A program made the translations under genes and the position numbers. Positions 1-9,409 of a DNA stretch of 64,000 nucleotides are shown piece by piece (the stretch's first letter is position 1; every line of letters begins with the position of its first letter). Origin of the DNA: Candidatus Poribacteria bacterium (GTDB lineage Bacteria > Poribacteria > WGA-4E > PCPOR2b); the NCBI GenBank assembly GCA_965208325.1, contig OZ242326.1, forward strand, positions 2,528,001-2,592,000, in the 5' to 3' direction. The notes below the pieces were generated by a model. It saw only the letters and a list, made by a program, of their open reading frames with translations, did not search any database and was not told the origin of the DNA.

Positions 1-7
1 TTCGCCA

Positions 8-82
8 CGAGTCGGTCATCGCACACGGTTCTGACCGAAATTTTCTCAAGACCGTGGTCTCTGTTCTGCGGAGGTTGCGTAC
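8..82 (-). repeat. 75-bp direct repeat, copy A (hairpin-containing leader or promoter element)
   Basis: Aligns without gaps to 394-468. Shared core on the minus strand: CCGCAG-nnn-AGAGACC-n5-CTTGAGAAAA-nnn-CGGTCAGAAyCGTGTGCGATGACCGA, containing a CGGTCA/TGACCG stem. Confidence 0.85.
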
Positions 83-93
83 CCGGCCCGGGA

Positions 94-330
94 TTAACCC
101 TGATCCGAGTTATTGATGCCGCACGGGCAGATAGTGTTGCCGGGCGCGACATATGATGCCGGCATTTTTCCGCTAGCCGCGGGCTGTATTGGATTCTCAT
201 AGAATGCGTTCTCGACAACGCAGCGACAATGCGGGTTGGCCGGCTTGGCTGCGGCTATCTCCTTATGACTGGAACACGATGTACACATCAGAACTGCCGT
301 TATCACGAGGGTGATGCTTAATGTCTTCAT
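94..330 (-). CDS. small Cys-rich lipoprotein (78 aa)
   Basis: ATG at 330 follows an AAGGAG RBS. MKTLSITLVITAVLMCTSC is a lipoprotein-like signal; CRC and CPC motifs follow. The longer ORF start at 435 runs through the repeat and is unlikely. Confidence 0.6.
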   Translation of the reverse strand: MKTLSITLVITAVLMCTSCSSHKEIAAAKPANPHCRCVVENAFYENPIQPAASGKMPASYVAPGNTICPCGINNSDQG

Positions 331-393
331 GGAATGCTCCTTTGAAATAGGCCGCAAACTAACAGTTTGCGGTACAGTCCCTAGAGTTGGCGC

Positions 394-468
394 CGAATCG
401 GTCATCGCACACGATTCTGACCGGATTTTTCTCAAGTCTGCGGTCTCTAGGCTGCGGGACGCACGTAC
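394..468 (-). repeat. 75-bp direct repeat, copy B
   Basis: Aligns to 8-82. Followed on the minus strand by a perfect hairpin CCGCAAACT-aac-AGTTTGCGG (352-372) just upstream of the RBS. Confidence 0.85.
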
Positions 469-523
469 GGAACTGCGCCAACGAGTTGCAGAGTCCTCTA
501 CACCGTCCGTAGCCTAGCTCGTA

Positions 524-1015
524 TCAATTCAGTATATCCGTACGAGGGGAACCTGCCCGGCGAACGCTTGGCACGTTGAAGCTTTGCAAATCACGGGCCG
601 CTTGTTTTTTCTGAAATCGGAACGAGGGAGATCGAAAACGATCAAAACGGTGACTATCAAAGGCTGACGGCAACGGAAGCAGCGCATCTGTTCTTGCCAC
701 GGCGTCCGCCCAATCAACAAGCCGCGTATAGTGCAGATGGCGTTCTATCTGTCCTAACCACACGACGCCGTGCAGTGATGTGATACAGACGACATTTGCG
801 ACATCGCACGGTCCAAGGCAGCCTTCGTTGATTGTCAATGTTATTGAAGGGGACAGCCGCCTGTTCCGCCACTCCTGTTTGATCCATTCGACCGGTACCG
901 GCGGATTTCGTTTCTCTGTCACGCCGCAACAACAACCCTTACAGACCAGTATATGCGCTAAGACACGCCGCCTTGACGCCAGTTTGGGCGGCGATTTGAT
1001 TCCATCTGCTCCCAT
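524..1015 (-). CDS. thioredoxin-like (2Fe-2S) ferredoxin-domain protein
   Basis: VCKGCCCG ... GCLGPC motif pattern, typical of thioredoxin-fold 2Fe-2S proteins. Confidence 0.75.
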   Translation of the reverse strand: MGADGIKSPPKLASRRRVLAHILVCKGCCCGVTEKRNPPVPVEWIKQEWRNRRLSPSITLTINEGCLGPCDVANVVCITSLHGVVWLGQIERHLHYTRLVDWADAVARTDALLPLPSAFDSHRFDRFRSPSFRFQKKQAARDLQSFNVPSVRRAGSPRTDILN

Positions 1016-1098
1016 ACCTTGCTCCCGAATGTTACATCAGTGCGAATATACCGATTCATCACTACCCAATCAAGGGTAGTGATGAATTTTCTCGGCGC

Positions 1099-3027
1099 TC
1101 ATTTCAAAATAACCATCCGCTTCGTCTGATGGAAAGATGGCGTGGACAATCGGTAGAAATAGACACCACTTGAAACCGTCTCACCCGCATCATTTCGACC
1201 ATCCCAATAGGCGGCGCGCGCCCGGCCCTGATAGAAACCCGCTGGCTGGATGCCAATCGAAAGCGTTCGCACCGGTCGCCCGTTCGTATCGTAAATTGAT
1301 AGCGTCACAGGGGCTGACTCCGAAAGGCGATACGGAATCCATGTTTCGGGATTGAACGGGTTGGGATAGTTCTGCAAAAGTAGGCTCTGCTTCGGTATGC
1401 CAACCTCCTTAAGCGTAATCGGGAGAACTGCGTTTGCAAGCGTGTCTGGGGTCACAACGAACCTCAAACTCTCCGAAGCAATCTCTCCGGTTGCATCCGC
1501 AACGGTGACTTCCAGCGTGTCGCCAACGCGGACGACGCTCTGGCGTGAGAGATCGGCGGTCACTGCGGCAAAGTAGCCGCCTCGCACACGATTCGTCATA
1601 TTAGCGTTCGTCCGCAGGTTTCGTACAGTGACCAGATAACCTTCAAGGTTCTGCACGCCTTCTAATTGCCCGCTGACAACGAACGCCCAAGTGTTATCTG
1701 GCGAATCAATTGATCTTGCGACCGGTGCGGCAGAAACTTGCGGTTGATTGGTCCAAGGTGCCCCGACAAAGGCAACCTGTCGGGCGTGCGGCACGTTGAC
1801 GATGTATCCCTTTGCTCCTTCGATCGAAAACCCGTTGTCCGGTGCATCAGGCGTCCAGCCAACGAACTCTTGGTTGACATCATCTAGCCCAATTACTGTC
1901 GTGGCGCCAACCATCTCCCCCAACGACCGAGCGTTCACCTGCTGGCGCGGCTTCAGTGGTAAGGAGATCATGTTCAAGCCTTTGGAGAGAGATGCGAAGT
2001 AGACGTGACTGAAGTCATCCTCGTCTATAGGCATTGGCGTGGCAATGAAGCCGTGAATCTGATGTTCGCCGTCTTCCTCGTGAATTTCAAACCAGCCGAC
2101 AATGACGCCTTCATCGTTAATGGATTGTGCTATCGTGGCTTCTGCGCCGGGAATCCCGAACCGGTAGAACTCGCCCTCCGGAGTGCGTAGAAATCCGTGT
2201 ATTTCGGAGAAATCAAGCGGCGCGGTATGACCGACAATCCTCCCATGATTGTCTATGTCATCGGGGAGCGTATGCCGATCTGCGTCAATGGACAGAGTTG
2301 TGAACGCGCCATCCTCGTAAATCAGCCCATCAATTATCTGTGTTGGTGTAAATCCTGATTCAGGCAGATTCCAACCCGCCATCACACCGGCGTTATTGAT
2401 ACCACGAAAAACATTGCCGCCAACACCGCCCGAAGAGGGAACTTGCGCGAAAGTCCCGTCCGGTTCGCGAAGAAAACTGGTGATGACGATGTCGTTTTCT
2501 GTAGGAAAATCGAAATTATACGAAGTGAGTTGACCTGCGTCGTTGATACCCCATGCGTAGTTAAAGGCTGCACCCGGATTGACTGTGATAAACTCGCCGT
2601 CCGGTTCTCTCAGGAATCCGTGCTGCACGCCATCCGCATCTTTATACCGACCCGTGATTTGACCGGATGCATTGATTCCGAATGCGCGTGTGTCTGTTGC
2701 ACCTTCTGGGGCAATCGTCTCGAAGACACCGTTTCTCAGCCAGAATCCTTTCCGAACAGCGTTTGCACCTTCATAGCTCCCGACGATGTCTCCAGCGTTG
2801 TTGATACCGAAGAGTTCGGTCTCTGACGCGCCTGCGAACGGTACATCGACGACCGCAATATGATACGGAATACCGATTGTCAGGTGAATATCACCTGCCG
2901 GGAGGTCGGCGACATGTTCATGGTCGTGGTCATGGTCACCCTGTTGCGCGACGGCTTGCCATGAGATAGCCAAACAAAAAATCGAAACCGTAAGCAGAGC
3001 CAGTGCGGCTCTATTGTAAATACGCAT
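1099..3027 (-). CDS. secreted His-rich HAF-like repeat (propeller) protein with C-terminal FlgD-Ig/T9SS-A-like domain
   Basis: Signal peptide; GDHDHDHEH tract; repeated 'A.GINxxGxIVG...HGF' units; C-terminal LLQNYPNPFNPETWIPY...WDGRN...SGVYFY. Confidence 0.8.
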   Translation of the reverse strand: MRIYNRAALALLTVSIFCLAISWQAVAQQGDHDHDHEHVADLPAGDIHLTIGIPYHIAVVDVPFAGASETELFGINNAGDIVGSYEGANAVRKGFWLRNGVFETIAPEGATDTRAFGINASGQITGRYKDADGVQHGFLREPDGEFITVNPGAAFNYAWGINDAGQLTSYNFDFPTENDIVITSFLREPDGTFAQVPSSGGVGGNVFRGINNAGVMAGWNLPESGFTPTQIIDGLIYEDGAFTTLSIDADRHTLPDDIDNHGRIVGHTAPLDFSEIHGFLRTPEGEFYRFGIPGAEATIAQSINDEGVIVGWFEIHEEDGEHQIHGFIATPMPIDEDDFSHVYFASLSKGLNMISLPLKPRQQVNARSLGEMVGATTVIGLDDVNQEFVGWTPDAPDNGFSIEGAKGYIVNVPHARQVAFVGAPWTNQPQVSAAPVARSIDSPDNTWAFVVSGQLEGVQNLEGYLVTVRNLRTNANMTNRVRGGYFAAVTADLSRQSVVRVGDTLEVTVADATGEIASESLRFVVTPDTLANAVLPITLKEVGIPKQSLLLQNYPNPFNPETWIPYRLSESAPVTLSIYDTNGRPVRTLSIGIQPAGFYQGRARAAYWDGRNDAGETVSSGVYFYRLSTPSFHQTKRMVILK

Positions 3028-3065
3028 AGATGTAAGCTCCCATTCAATTGAAATTGTTAGTAAAG

Positions 3066-4193
3066 TTAAGAATCAGTTGGATCGTGTGAATTCGTTGGCG
3101 GTTCTTCCAGAAAAAGTTCCCGAAGTAATTCAAAATCGGCGGCGGCATCATGCGCGATAACCTGGTGCGTGTCATTTTCCGTTTCGCACGCATCAAATCG
3201 AGACTGCAACTCGCCATGGTCAATTCCACCAGGCTCACCGATAAAGACTAACTGCGTGCCCGGTTTCTCATCATCCCATGGCGCACCAATGATGACACGC
3301 GCCCGTTGGCCGACAACTTGGACGATTCCCTTTCGATCCGGAGTCTCTTTGAGATAGACAACCCCTTTGGCGCGGTAGATCGCCGGCGGCAAAGTTTTCA
3401 CCGCATGACGCACTGCCCGATGTGACAGCGGTTTCTCGGTCGTATAACTACACGTATTAAAGACCAATGTATGGTCGTGTTCGTGATGGTGTTCATCCTC
3501 GACGCCGTGCGCTTCCCCGTCGGGGTGGACGTGAACATCCAAGCCCGATTTCCCCGAAAAGCGGTGGAGGTCGTATTTCCCTACGCCGAGCACCAAATCG
3601 AGCGGAACCTTGCCGTGCGCGGCTTCCAAGATTCGCGCTCTCGGAACAAGGTTTTTGACGAAGTCTGCCAATTCCGCCCGTTTTTCATCATTGACCAAGT
3701 CAACCTTGTTCAGCACCACAATATCTGCCACAGCGATTTGATCTAACACGAGTTCCCGATGCTTTCTGTCTACATGATAGATTTGCTCGGAATCAACCAC
3801 TGTTAGCATACTGTCCACTCGCACGCTCAACCGCAATTCGCGCGCCAGGAAGGTCAATGAAACCGCCAAAGGGTCGGAAACGCCGCTGGTCTCAAGGACG
3901 ATATACTCCGGCGAATCTGGACTTTGAATCAATTCTACCACGGCCTCAAGCAGGTCGCCGCGAATTGAGCAGCAGATACACCCGTTGGAAAGGTTTATGG
4001 TAGATTCCCCAGAGACACCAGAGATTAATCCGGCGTCAATGTTAACCTCTCCAAAATCGTTGACCAATACCGCCACGCGCAATCCGTGGTCGGCATTCAG
4101 AATGTGGTTGAGCAGGGAGGTTTTGCCCGCGCCTAAAAAGCCGCTGATGATGGTCACCGGAATCGGTTCTTTGAAGTCTTGGATTTCAGCCAT
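3066..4193 (-). CDS. COG0523 (CobW/ZigA-type) G3E GTPase, putative zinc chaperone
   Basis: GFLGAGKT Walker A, VNDFG, GCICC (CxCC), ETSG and NKVD motifs; His-rich linker EHHHEHDH; CobW_C-like C-terminus. Confidence 0.92.
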   Translation of the reverse strand: MAEIQDFKEPIPVTIISGFLGAGKTSLLNHILNADHGLRVAVLVNDFGEVNIDAGLISGVSGESTINLSNGCICCSIRGDLLEAVVELIQSPDSPEYIVLETSGVSDPLAVSLTFLARELRLSVRVDSMLTVVDSEQIYHVDRKHRELVLDQIAVADIVVLNKVDLVNDEKRAELADFVKNLVPRARILEAAHGKVPLDLVLGVGKYDLHRFSGKSGLDVHVHPDGEAHGVEDEHHHEHDHTLVFNTCSYTTEKPLSHRAVRHAVKTLPPAIYRAKGVVYLKETPDRKGIVQVVGQRARVIIGAPWDDEKPGTQLVFIGEPGGIDHGELQSRFDACETENDTHQVIAHDAAADFELLRELFLEEPPTNSHDPTDS

Positions 4194-4205
4194 CTTCTTA
4201 TGTCT

Positions 4206-5186
4206 TCATTGTCTCCGATAAGCTAACTCAACTCTTAAGGCGTCCACGATGGTATCTATGTTGTGGCGTGTCATCCCGATATACGTCCCTTGAGGAGTTC
4301 CGGGCGTTCCCATCGCATCGGCGAAAAGCCTGCCGCCGATTTGGACCTCGAACCCTTTTGCGCGAACAGCGGCTTGAACAGCCTCTATGCCCTGAGACGG
4401 GGTTGAAGTTTCGACGAACATCGCGGGGATTCGATGTTCAATAATATACGCCGCTAGATCTCTGACATCGGCGACGCCCGCTTCCGTTTCTGTGTTCAAC
4501 CCTTGAAGCCCGCGCACCTCGAAACCGTAAGCGCGTCCGAAGTAACCGAACGCATCGTGGGTCGTGACGAGAACGCGGCGCTGGGCGGGAATCTGTGCCG
4601 CGAGGTATTGTAGGTCGTCATGCAATGTTTTCAACGCTGCCAAGTATCTCTTCGCGTTAGAAAGATAATATTCGGCATTATCCGGGTCGGCTTGAGCCAA
4701 CGTGTCTCGAACCTTTTCAGCTGCTTTCATCCAGAGCGACACATCGTGCCAGACATGCGGGTCGTAACCGCCCTGAAATTCAGATGTTGTGCGAAGTTGT
4801 GAGCGTAGAGTCCCAGCCGTGACGGCGACTGCCTTCGTTTTATACGTCATCTTATCGAGGACAGCGCCTATGATTTTCGATTCAAGATACAAACCGTTGT
4901 AGAAGATAATCTCAGCGTCCTTCAGCCGTTCGACATCTCCCGCTGTCGGTTTATAGAGATGCGGGTCAACGCCTTCACCGACAATCCCGGTGACGTCAAT
5001 CCTATCTCGGCCAATGTTTTCCACAATGTCCGTAATCATGCTGATTGTTGCGGCGACGCGAAGTTTTTTCTCTGCCGTAGGGTTTGCATTTGCGGGGTCT
5101 TCCGATTTATCCTTTTGACATCCACCGGCAACCACCAGCAGTAACACCAACAAACATAAACTCGTCTTGAGAATTTGCCGATCCAT
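4206..5186 (-). CDS. ZnuA/TroA-family metal ABC substrate-binding lipoprotein
   Basis: DPHLY, DPHVW and THDAFGYF motifs; lipobox AGGC. Start is placed at MDRQILK (RBS AAGGAG); the ORF extension to 5279 lies in repeat sequence. Confidence 0.92.
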   Translation of the reverse strand: MDRQILKTSLCLLVLLLVVAGGCQKDKSEDPANANPTAEKKLRVAATISMITDIVENIGRDRIDVTGIVGEGVDPHLYKPTAGDVERLKDAEIIFYNGLYLESKIIGAVLDKMTYKTKAVAVTAGTLRSQLRTTSEFQGGYDPHVWHDVSLWMKAAEKVRDTLAQADPDNAEYYLSNAKRYLAALKTLHDDLQYLAAQIPAQRRVLVTTHDAFGYFGRAYGFEVRGLQGLNTETEAGVADVRDLAAYIIEHRIPAMFVETSTPSQGIEAVQAAVRAKGFEVQIGGRLFADAMGTPGTPQGTYIGMTRHNIDTIVDALRVELAYRRQ

Positions 5187-5248
5187 GCTGTCAACTCCTT
5201 GTGAATTTGTTATAAAACCCAAGTTGCCGCCATTTTCAACAGGAGCAC

Positions 5249-5500
5249 AGAAACCGAGTTTTTTCCGATATCGAATCACGATATTGGCGCAAATCAGACC
5301 AAGGTACTTATAATAGGGCGAACCTGAACCAAAAACTCGGTTTCTCCGTAATAGGTAGCAACTTGCGTTATTTAGGACTTACGTAACGCGTTCATAAGTC
5401 CCCTTGATGAGGGATTTAGGGGGTTAAAAGTCAAATATGATAGAAAAACCGAGTTTTTGGTTCGCGTCTGCGAAATTTCGTTGTAATAAACTCGGTTTCT
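5249..5500. repeat. two AGAAACCGAGTTTTT...AAAAACTCGGTTTCT inverted-repeat elements
   Basis: Inverted-repeat pairs at 5249-5345 and 5442-5500; the same motif occurs at 14534-14590 and 55447-55479. Confidence 0.8.
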
Positions 5501-5533
5501 ATACCTCGTCGGACAAAGGTAGTAACTTGGGTT

Positions 5534-5580
5534 ATGCAATAGTATCACACTTGCTTTCAAATATGTTATATTATAACATA
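5534..5580. promoter_or_regulatory. Zur boxes (one perfect, one degenerate)
   Basis: TATGTTATA-T-TATAACATA palindrome at 5562-5580 matches the Zur consensus TGTTATA-N-TATAACA. A degenerate TGCAATA-G-TATCACA lies at 5535-5549. Both sit between the divergent znuA-like and zur genes. Confidence 0.85.
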
Positions 5581-5699
5581 CCATTTTCAAGAGTCAAGTC
5601 AAAAATGGTATCTTCTAGGTTAGAGGCGTTGACTCAACCTTTAACCGAGAAAACAAGACTCGTTCTTATTCCACTAAAAGGCAAGACGATTTGATTTCA

Positions 5700-5728
5700 T
5701 TGACAATCAAGGCGTTACGTCATAACAT
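5700..5728 (+). promoter_or_regulatory. zur promoter (-35 TTGACA) with degenerate Zur box
   Basis: TTGACA at 5700-5705 followed by CGTTACG-T-CATAACA over the expected -10 region. Confidence 0.5.
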
Positions 5729-5761
5729 AACGTACACCTTCAGTTACAAGGAGCTAGGGTT

Positions 5762-6259
5762 ATGTCTTCTACGGATTCGGAAAACACAACGTTTGAAACC
5801 TTTCCCAAGCCAACCCATGACCATTCTCGGTGCGTCCGAGACGCATTGGCAAACGGTTTGGCAATCTGTAAGGCGCGCGGCGTGCGATTTACCGAGCTGC
5901 GGAAACAGGTTTTTGAACTCGTGTGCGCCAGCCACAAACCCATCGGCGCGTACGATATTCTTGACACCTTTCAAAAACGCGGCCGCAAAACCGCACCGCC
6001 AACCGTCTACCGCGCCCTCGAATTTCTGCTTGAGCAAGGTCTGATTCACAGGATTGCCTCGTTAAACGCCTATATCGGGTGTGACTTCCCACAGGAACCC
6101 CATCGCGGACAGTTTGTCGTCTGCAAATTGTGCGGCGAGGCAACTGAGCTTGTCAGTCACACGATTGAGAAGTGTATCACTGCCGCCGCCGAGAAACTTG
6201 ACTTTCAGGTTCAATCCAGAGTAATCGAGATTCTCGGCATCTGCTCGGTCTGCCGATGA
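5762..6259 (+). CDS. zur: Fur-family zinc uptake regulator Zur
   Basis: HDHSRC N-terminus, AYDIL...PPTVYRALEFL, CKLC and CSVC; divergent from zinc-uptake genes, with a Zur box between them. Confidence 0.9.
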   Translation: MSSTDSENTTFETFPKPTHDHSRCVRDALANGLAICKARGVRFTELRKQVFELVCASHKPIGAYDILDTFQKRGRKTAPPTVYRALEFLLEQGLIHRIASLNAYIGCDFPQEPHRGQFVVCKLCGEATELVSHTIEKCITAAAEKLDFQVQSRVIEILGICSVCR

Positions 6260-6389
6260 GTATTTCGCGAGCACAACGCGTGGTAGGCGCGTCTCTCGTA
6301 GCGTACATTTCCGCGCATTGGTGGTTCGTTCAGGTTGCAGATAAGATGTATCTATTTCTCTCGAAATGCGTTTATTTGAAGCAAGGTTT

Positions 6390-6553
6390 GTAAACACCCA
6401 ATCGTCGGAGTCAAATGCGATCCGCGGCGGGTTGGTGGATTTCAACGAAACCGACATCGTCCTCGGAAAGTTTGCTTTCGGCGCCGATGGGGACGTGATT
6501 TGTGACCCGATTGTATTGATTGTGAAAGACGTTAATTTGAGGTCTTCGAGTAG
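6390..6553 (+). pseudogene. 3' remnant of a LivJ-like SBP paralog
   Basis: Encodes NTQSSESNAIRGGL...LGKFAFGADGDVICDPIVLIVKD, matching the array C-terminus. A 1-nt deletion precedes GAGGTCTTCGAGTAG (EVFE*). Confidence 0.85.
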
Positions 6554-6815
6554 TTGACTATTTATAAACGACTATTCTGTTTTTTTCCTGATTTTTGTTT
6601 GACAACCACTTTAAACTGTGGAAAAATATGATTTGGTTAAATTGTCCATAACGAAACGTCAAAAAGAATTGCGCTGTCCCGCGTTCTTTCTTATGGTAGT
6701 TTTCAGCTTGAACTAAATCCTAATCAATCGATAACGATCGGCCCGGGCGAGGTTTTCTAAATTTTGCCCCGCTTTATTTTTTTTTGAAAACTTTATAAAC
6801 AAAAGGAGATTCAAG

Positions 6816-7979
6816 ATGAATGTTAGTAGATTTACCAAGTTCACGTTTGTATTGGCGATTGTCGCGCTGATTGCAGGACTCTCCGCTTGTGACCAGCTTA
6901 ATCAACTCTTCCCGCCGCCCGAGATGGAGGGGCTTCCTGATGAAATTCTCATTGGCGTGGTTGTAGACGAGACAGGGGCGAACGCTACCGGTTATGGCAT
7001 ACCGATGAAAAAAGGCTTTGAGCTCGCTCGCGACCATATCAACAATTCAGGCATGCTCGGAGATTCACAACTCAAGCTCATCGTTAAGGATGACATGAGT
7101 TCCCGTGAGACTACCGTTGATGTTGTCGATCAATTGATTAATCAATATGGGGTGTCTGTGATTACCGGATTCGCTGTCTCCAGTCAACTCGAACAGGTAA
7201 CTCAAACTGCCCAAGACAGCGGGGTTGTCCTTTTTAGCTCAGTGTCATCTGCCCCGGTATTGGAAGGGCGCGGCAATTTTACCTTCCGCTCAGGACTCAA
7301 CTCAAGTCTGCTTAACCCGCCTCTTGTCCAAGCGACGCACGAGAGATTTGGGTACGAGACGGCAGCTACGATATACCTTGATGGCGATACCTATTCCAGA
7401 TTGAGCGACGAAGCATTCAGAGCTGCGCTCGACATGAACGGTGTCAACGTTGCGACTACAGAGGCTTACCCAGCCGGCGACTATGACGCGGCAGTAACTC
7501 GGATATCGGAATTAAATCCTGATGCCCTCTTTATCTCCACGCTAACAGGGGACATTCCTGAAATTATGAAAAAAGCGCGCGACCTAATGCCTTCGGTATA
7601 CCTAATTGTCCCCGAGCTGACCGATATTGAGGTGGCGGCAGGTGCGGGCGATGCCTCTGAAGGGACGGTTACTTCTATAGGTTGGTTCATCGAAAAGGAC
7701 ACGCCGGGGAATGCAGCCTTCATCCAGAGTTACACCGAGGCGAACAACGGGGAGGAACCGGTCGCTTGGGCGGCGCAATCCTATGCCACGCTGCGTATTC
7801 TCGCCGCGGCAATTGCGAATACACAATCCATTGAGGCAACGGCGATTCAGGGCGCTTTGGCGGACACCATGGATTTCACTACCATTCTAGGAAATTTCTC
7901 CTTTGATGAAGTCGGGGACGCAGTTTACGACCCAATACTGCTTACCGTCCAAAACGGCGAGTTTGTACTTTTTGAGTAA
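6816..7979 (+). CDS. LivJ/LivK-like ABC substrate-binding lipoprotein, array copy 1
   Basis: Lipobox LSAC; type I periplasmic binding protein motifs; C-terminal FSFDxVGDAVYDP...FE. Confidence 0.9.
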   Translation: MNVSRFTKFTFVLAIVALIAGLSACDQLNQLFPPPEMEGLPDEILIGVVVDETGANATGYGIPMKKGFELARDHINNSGMLGDSQLKLIVKDDMSSRETTVDVVDQLINQYGVSVITGFAVSSQLEQVTQTAQDSGVVLFSSVSSAPVLEGRGNFTFRSGLNSSLLNPPLVQATHERFGYETAATIYLDGDTYSRLSDEAFRAALDMNGVNVATTEAYPAGDYDAAVTRISELNPDALFISTLTGDIPEIMKKARDLMPSVYLIVPELTDIEVAAGAGDASEGTVTSIGWFIEKDTPGNAAFIQSYTEANNGEEPVAWAAQSYATLRILAAAIANTQSIEATAIQGALADTMDFTTILGNFSFDEVGDAVYDPILLTVQNGEFVLFE

Positions 7980-8142
7980 TCTTCATCGCCGGATGTGCAC
8001 GATCGGAACCCTGTCATCATTTTTTAGCGTATGACAGGGCTTCGGAAAATTTAATAACCTATTCCAATTATCAATCAACGGGGTTACCAATATAGTCTTG
8101 GTGCTGCCCCGCCTAATCCCTTCAAACCCAAGGAGGTTTTAA

Positions 8143-9303
8143 ATGAACGTTAGAAGATTCACGAAATTCGCATCTATATTGGCGATTGCCGCGCTGATTG
8201 CGGGGCTATCCGCTTGTGACCAGCTTGGGGAACTTCTCATCCCGCCGCCTGATATGGATGGGCTTGGCGAGATTACTATCGGCGTCTCTCTGCAGCTCGA
8301 AGGCGAAGACGCCGCCCGGTACGGTTTACCCATGAAACGCGGTTTTGAGCTCGCGCAAGAAGAGATTAACCAACTCGGCGGCTCGCAAATCACATTCATC
8401 ATTGAAGACGATCAGAGCACTATTGAAGGTGCGACTGCAGCCTTTAACAAGCTGATTCATGAAGATGGTGTTTCCATTATCACCGGTGTCACTTTCTCAA
8501 CTCAGCTGACAGCGTTAATTCCAATAATAGAAGAAAACGAAATTGTATGTTTTAGCTCGCTTGCTTCCGCTGCCGGTCTTAGCGCGCTTAGCGATTTTGT
8601 CTTCCGTACAGGGCTCCCCACAAATGTCCTAAATCCGGAGGGTATTCGGGTAAGTCAGGAGAAACTCGGTTACCAACGGGCGGCGCTGATTTATGATAAG
8701 GACGATGTCTATTCCACGAGTAGCAACGAGGAGGTGAGCAAAGCCCTTACTGCTAGTGGTGTCGATATTGTGATTACAGAGGCCTTCGAAGGCAAGCCTG
8801 CTGATCTTAGGCCACATTTAACTCGGATAATGGAGACAGATCCTCAAGCTATCTTTATCTCCGCCTTATCCGTCCAGATGACTGATATTATGACTCAAGG
8901 GCGTGAGGTCGGTATCCCTGCCTCTGTTCCGTACATTGTTCCCGATCTGACCGGAAACGAAGTACAAATCGCGGGAGAAGCCGCCGAAGGAGCGATTACT
9001 TTTACCAATTGGAGTGCGTCGTCTAACACACCGGGTAATCAAGCCTTCGTCGAGAATTACTTAGCGAAATACGGCATCGAAGCCGATCCCTGGGCGGCAC
9101 AGTCCTACGCTACCCTGTATATACTAGCGGAAGCAATCGGGAATGCACAATCCACCGAGGCAACTGCAGTTCGGGACGCGCTGGCGAATATCATGGATTT
9201 CCCCACCGTTATGGGGAATTTCTCTTTTGATGCAGTCGGAGACGCAGTTTACGACCCGATTGTACTAACCGTTCAAAACGGTGAGCTTGTGGCATTTGAG
9301 TAA
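8143..9303 (+). CDS. LivJ-like SBP lipoprotein, copy 2
   Basis: Paralog of copy 1; LSAC lipobox; AGGAGG RBS. Confidence 0.9.
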   Translation: MNVRRFTKFASILAIAALIAGLSACDQLGELLIPPPDMDGLGEITIGVSLQLEGEDAARYGLPMKRGFELAQEEINQLGGSQITFIIEDDQSTIEGATAAFNKLIHEDGVSIITGVTFSTQLTALIPIIEENEIVCFSSLASAAGLSALSDFVFRTGLPTNVLNPEGIRVSQEKLGYQRAALIYDKDDVYSTSSNEEVSKALTASGVDIVITEAFEGKPADLRPHLTRIMETDPQAIFISALSVQMTDIMTQGREVGIPASVPYIVPDLTGNEVQIAGEAAEGAITFTNWSASSNTPGNQAFVENYLAKYGIEADPWAAQSYATLYILAEAIGNAQSTEATAVRDALANIMDFPTVMGNFSFDAVGDAVYDPIVLTVQNGELVAFE

Positions 9304-9409
9304 CCTTCAGCGGTAGATGTACGTAACCGAAGAGCCTGTCATCAGCTAGCGAATGATGGCAGGCTCTTTGAGTTTAATAATGCCTTCAATAAAGACGCGG
9401 GGATTCTGC

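Noticed and set aside
8..468. Cobalamin/NiCo riboswitch, CRISPR repeat or integron attC
   Set aside because: Lacks the B12-box and NiCo cores. Only two long copies flank a gene, with no cas or integrase genes and no clear RYYYAAC/GTTRRRY ends.
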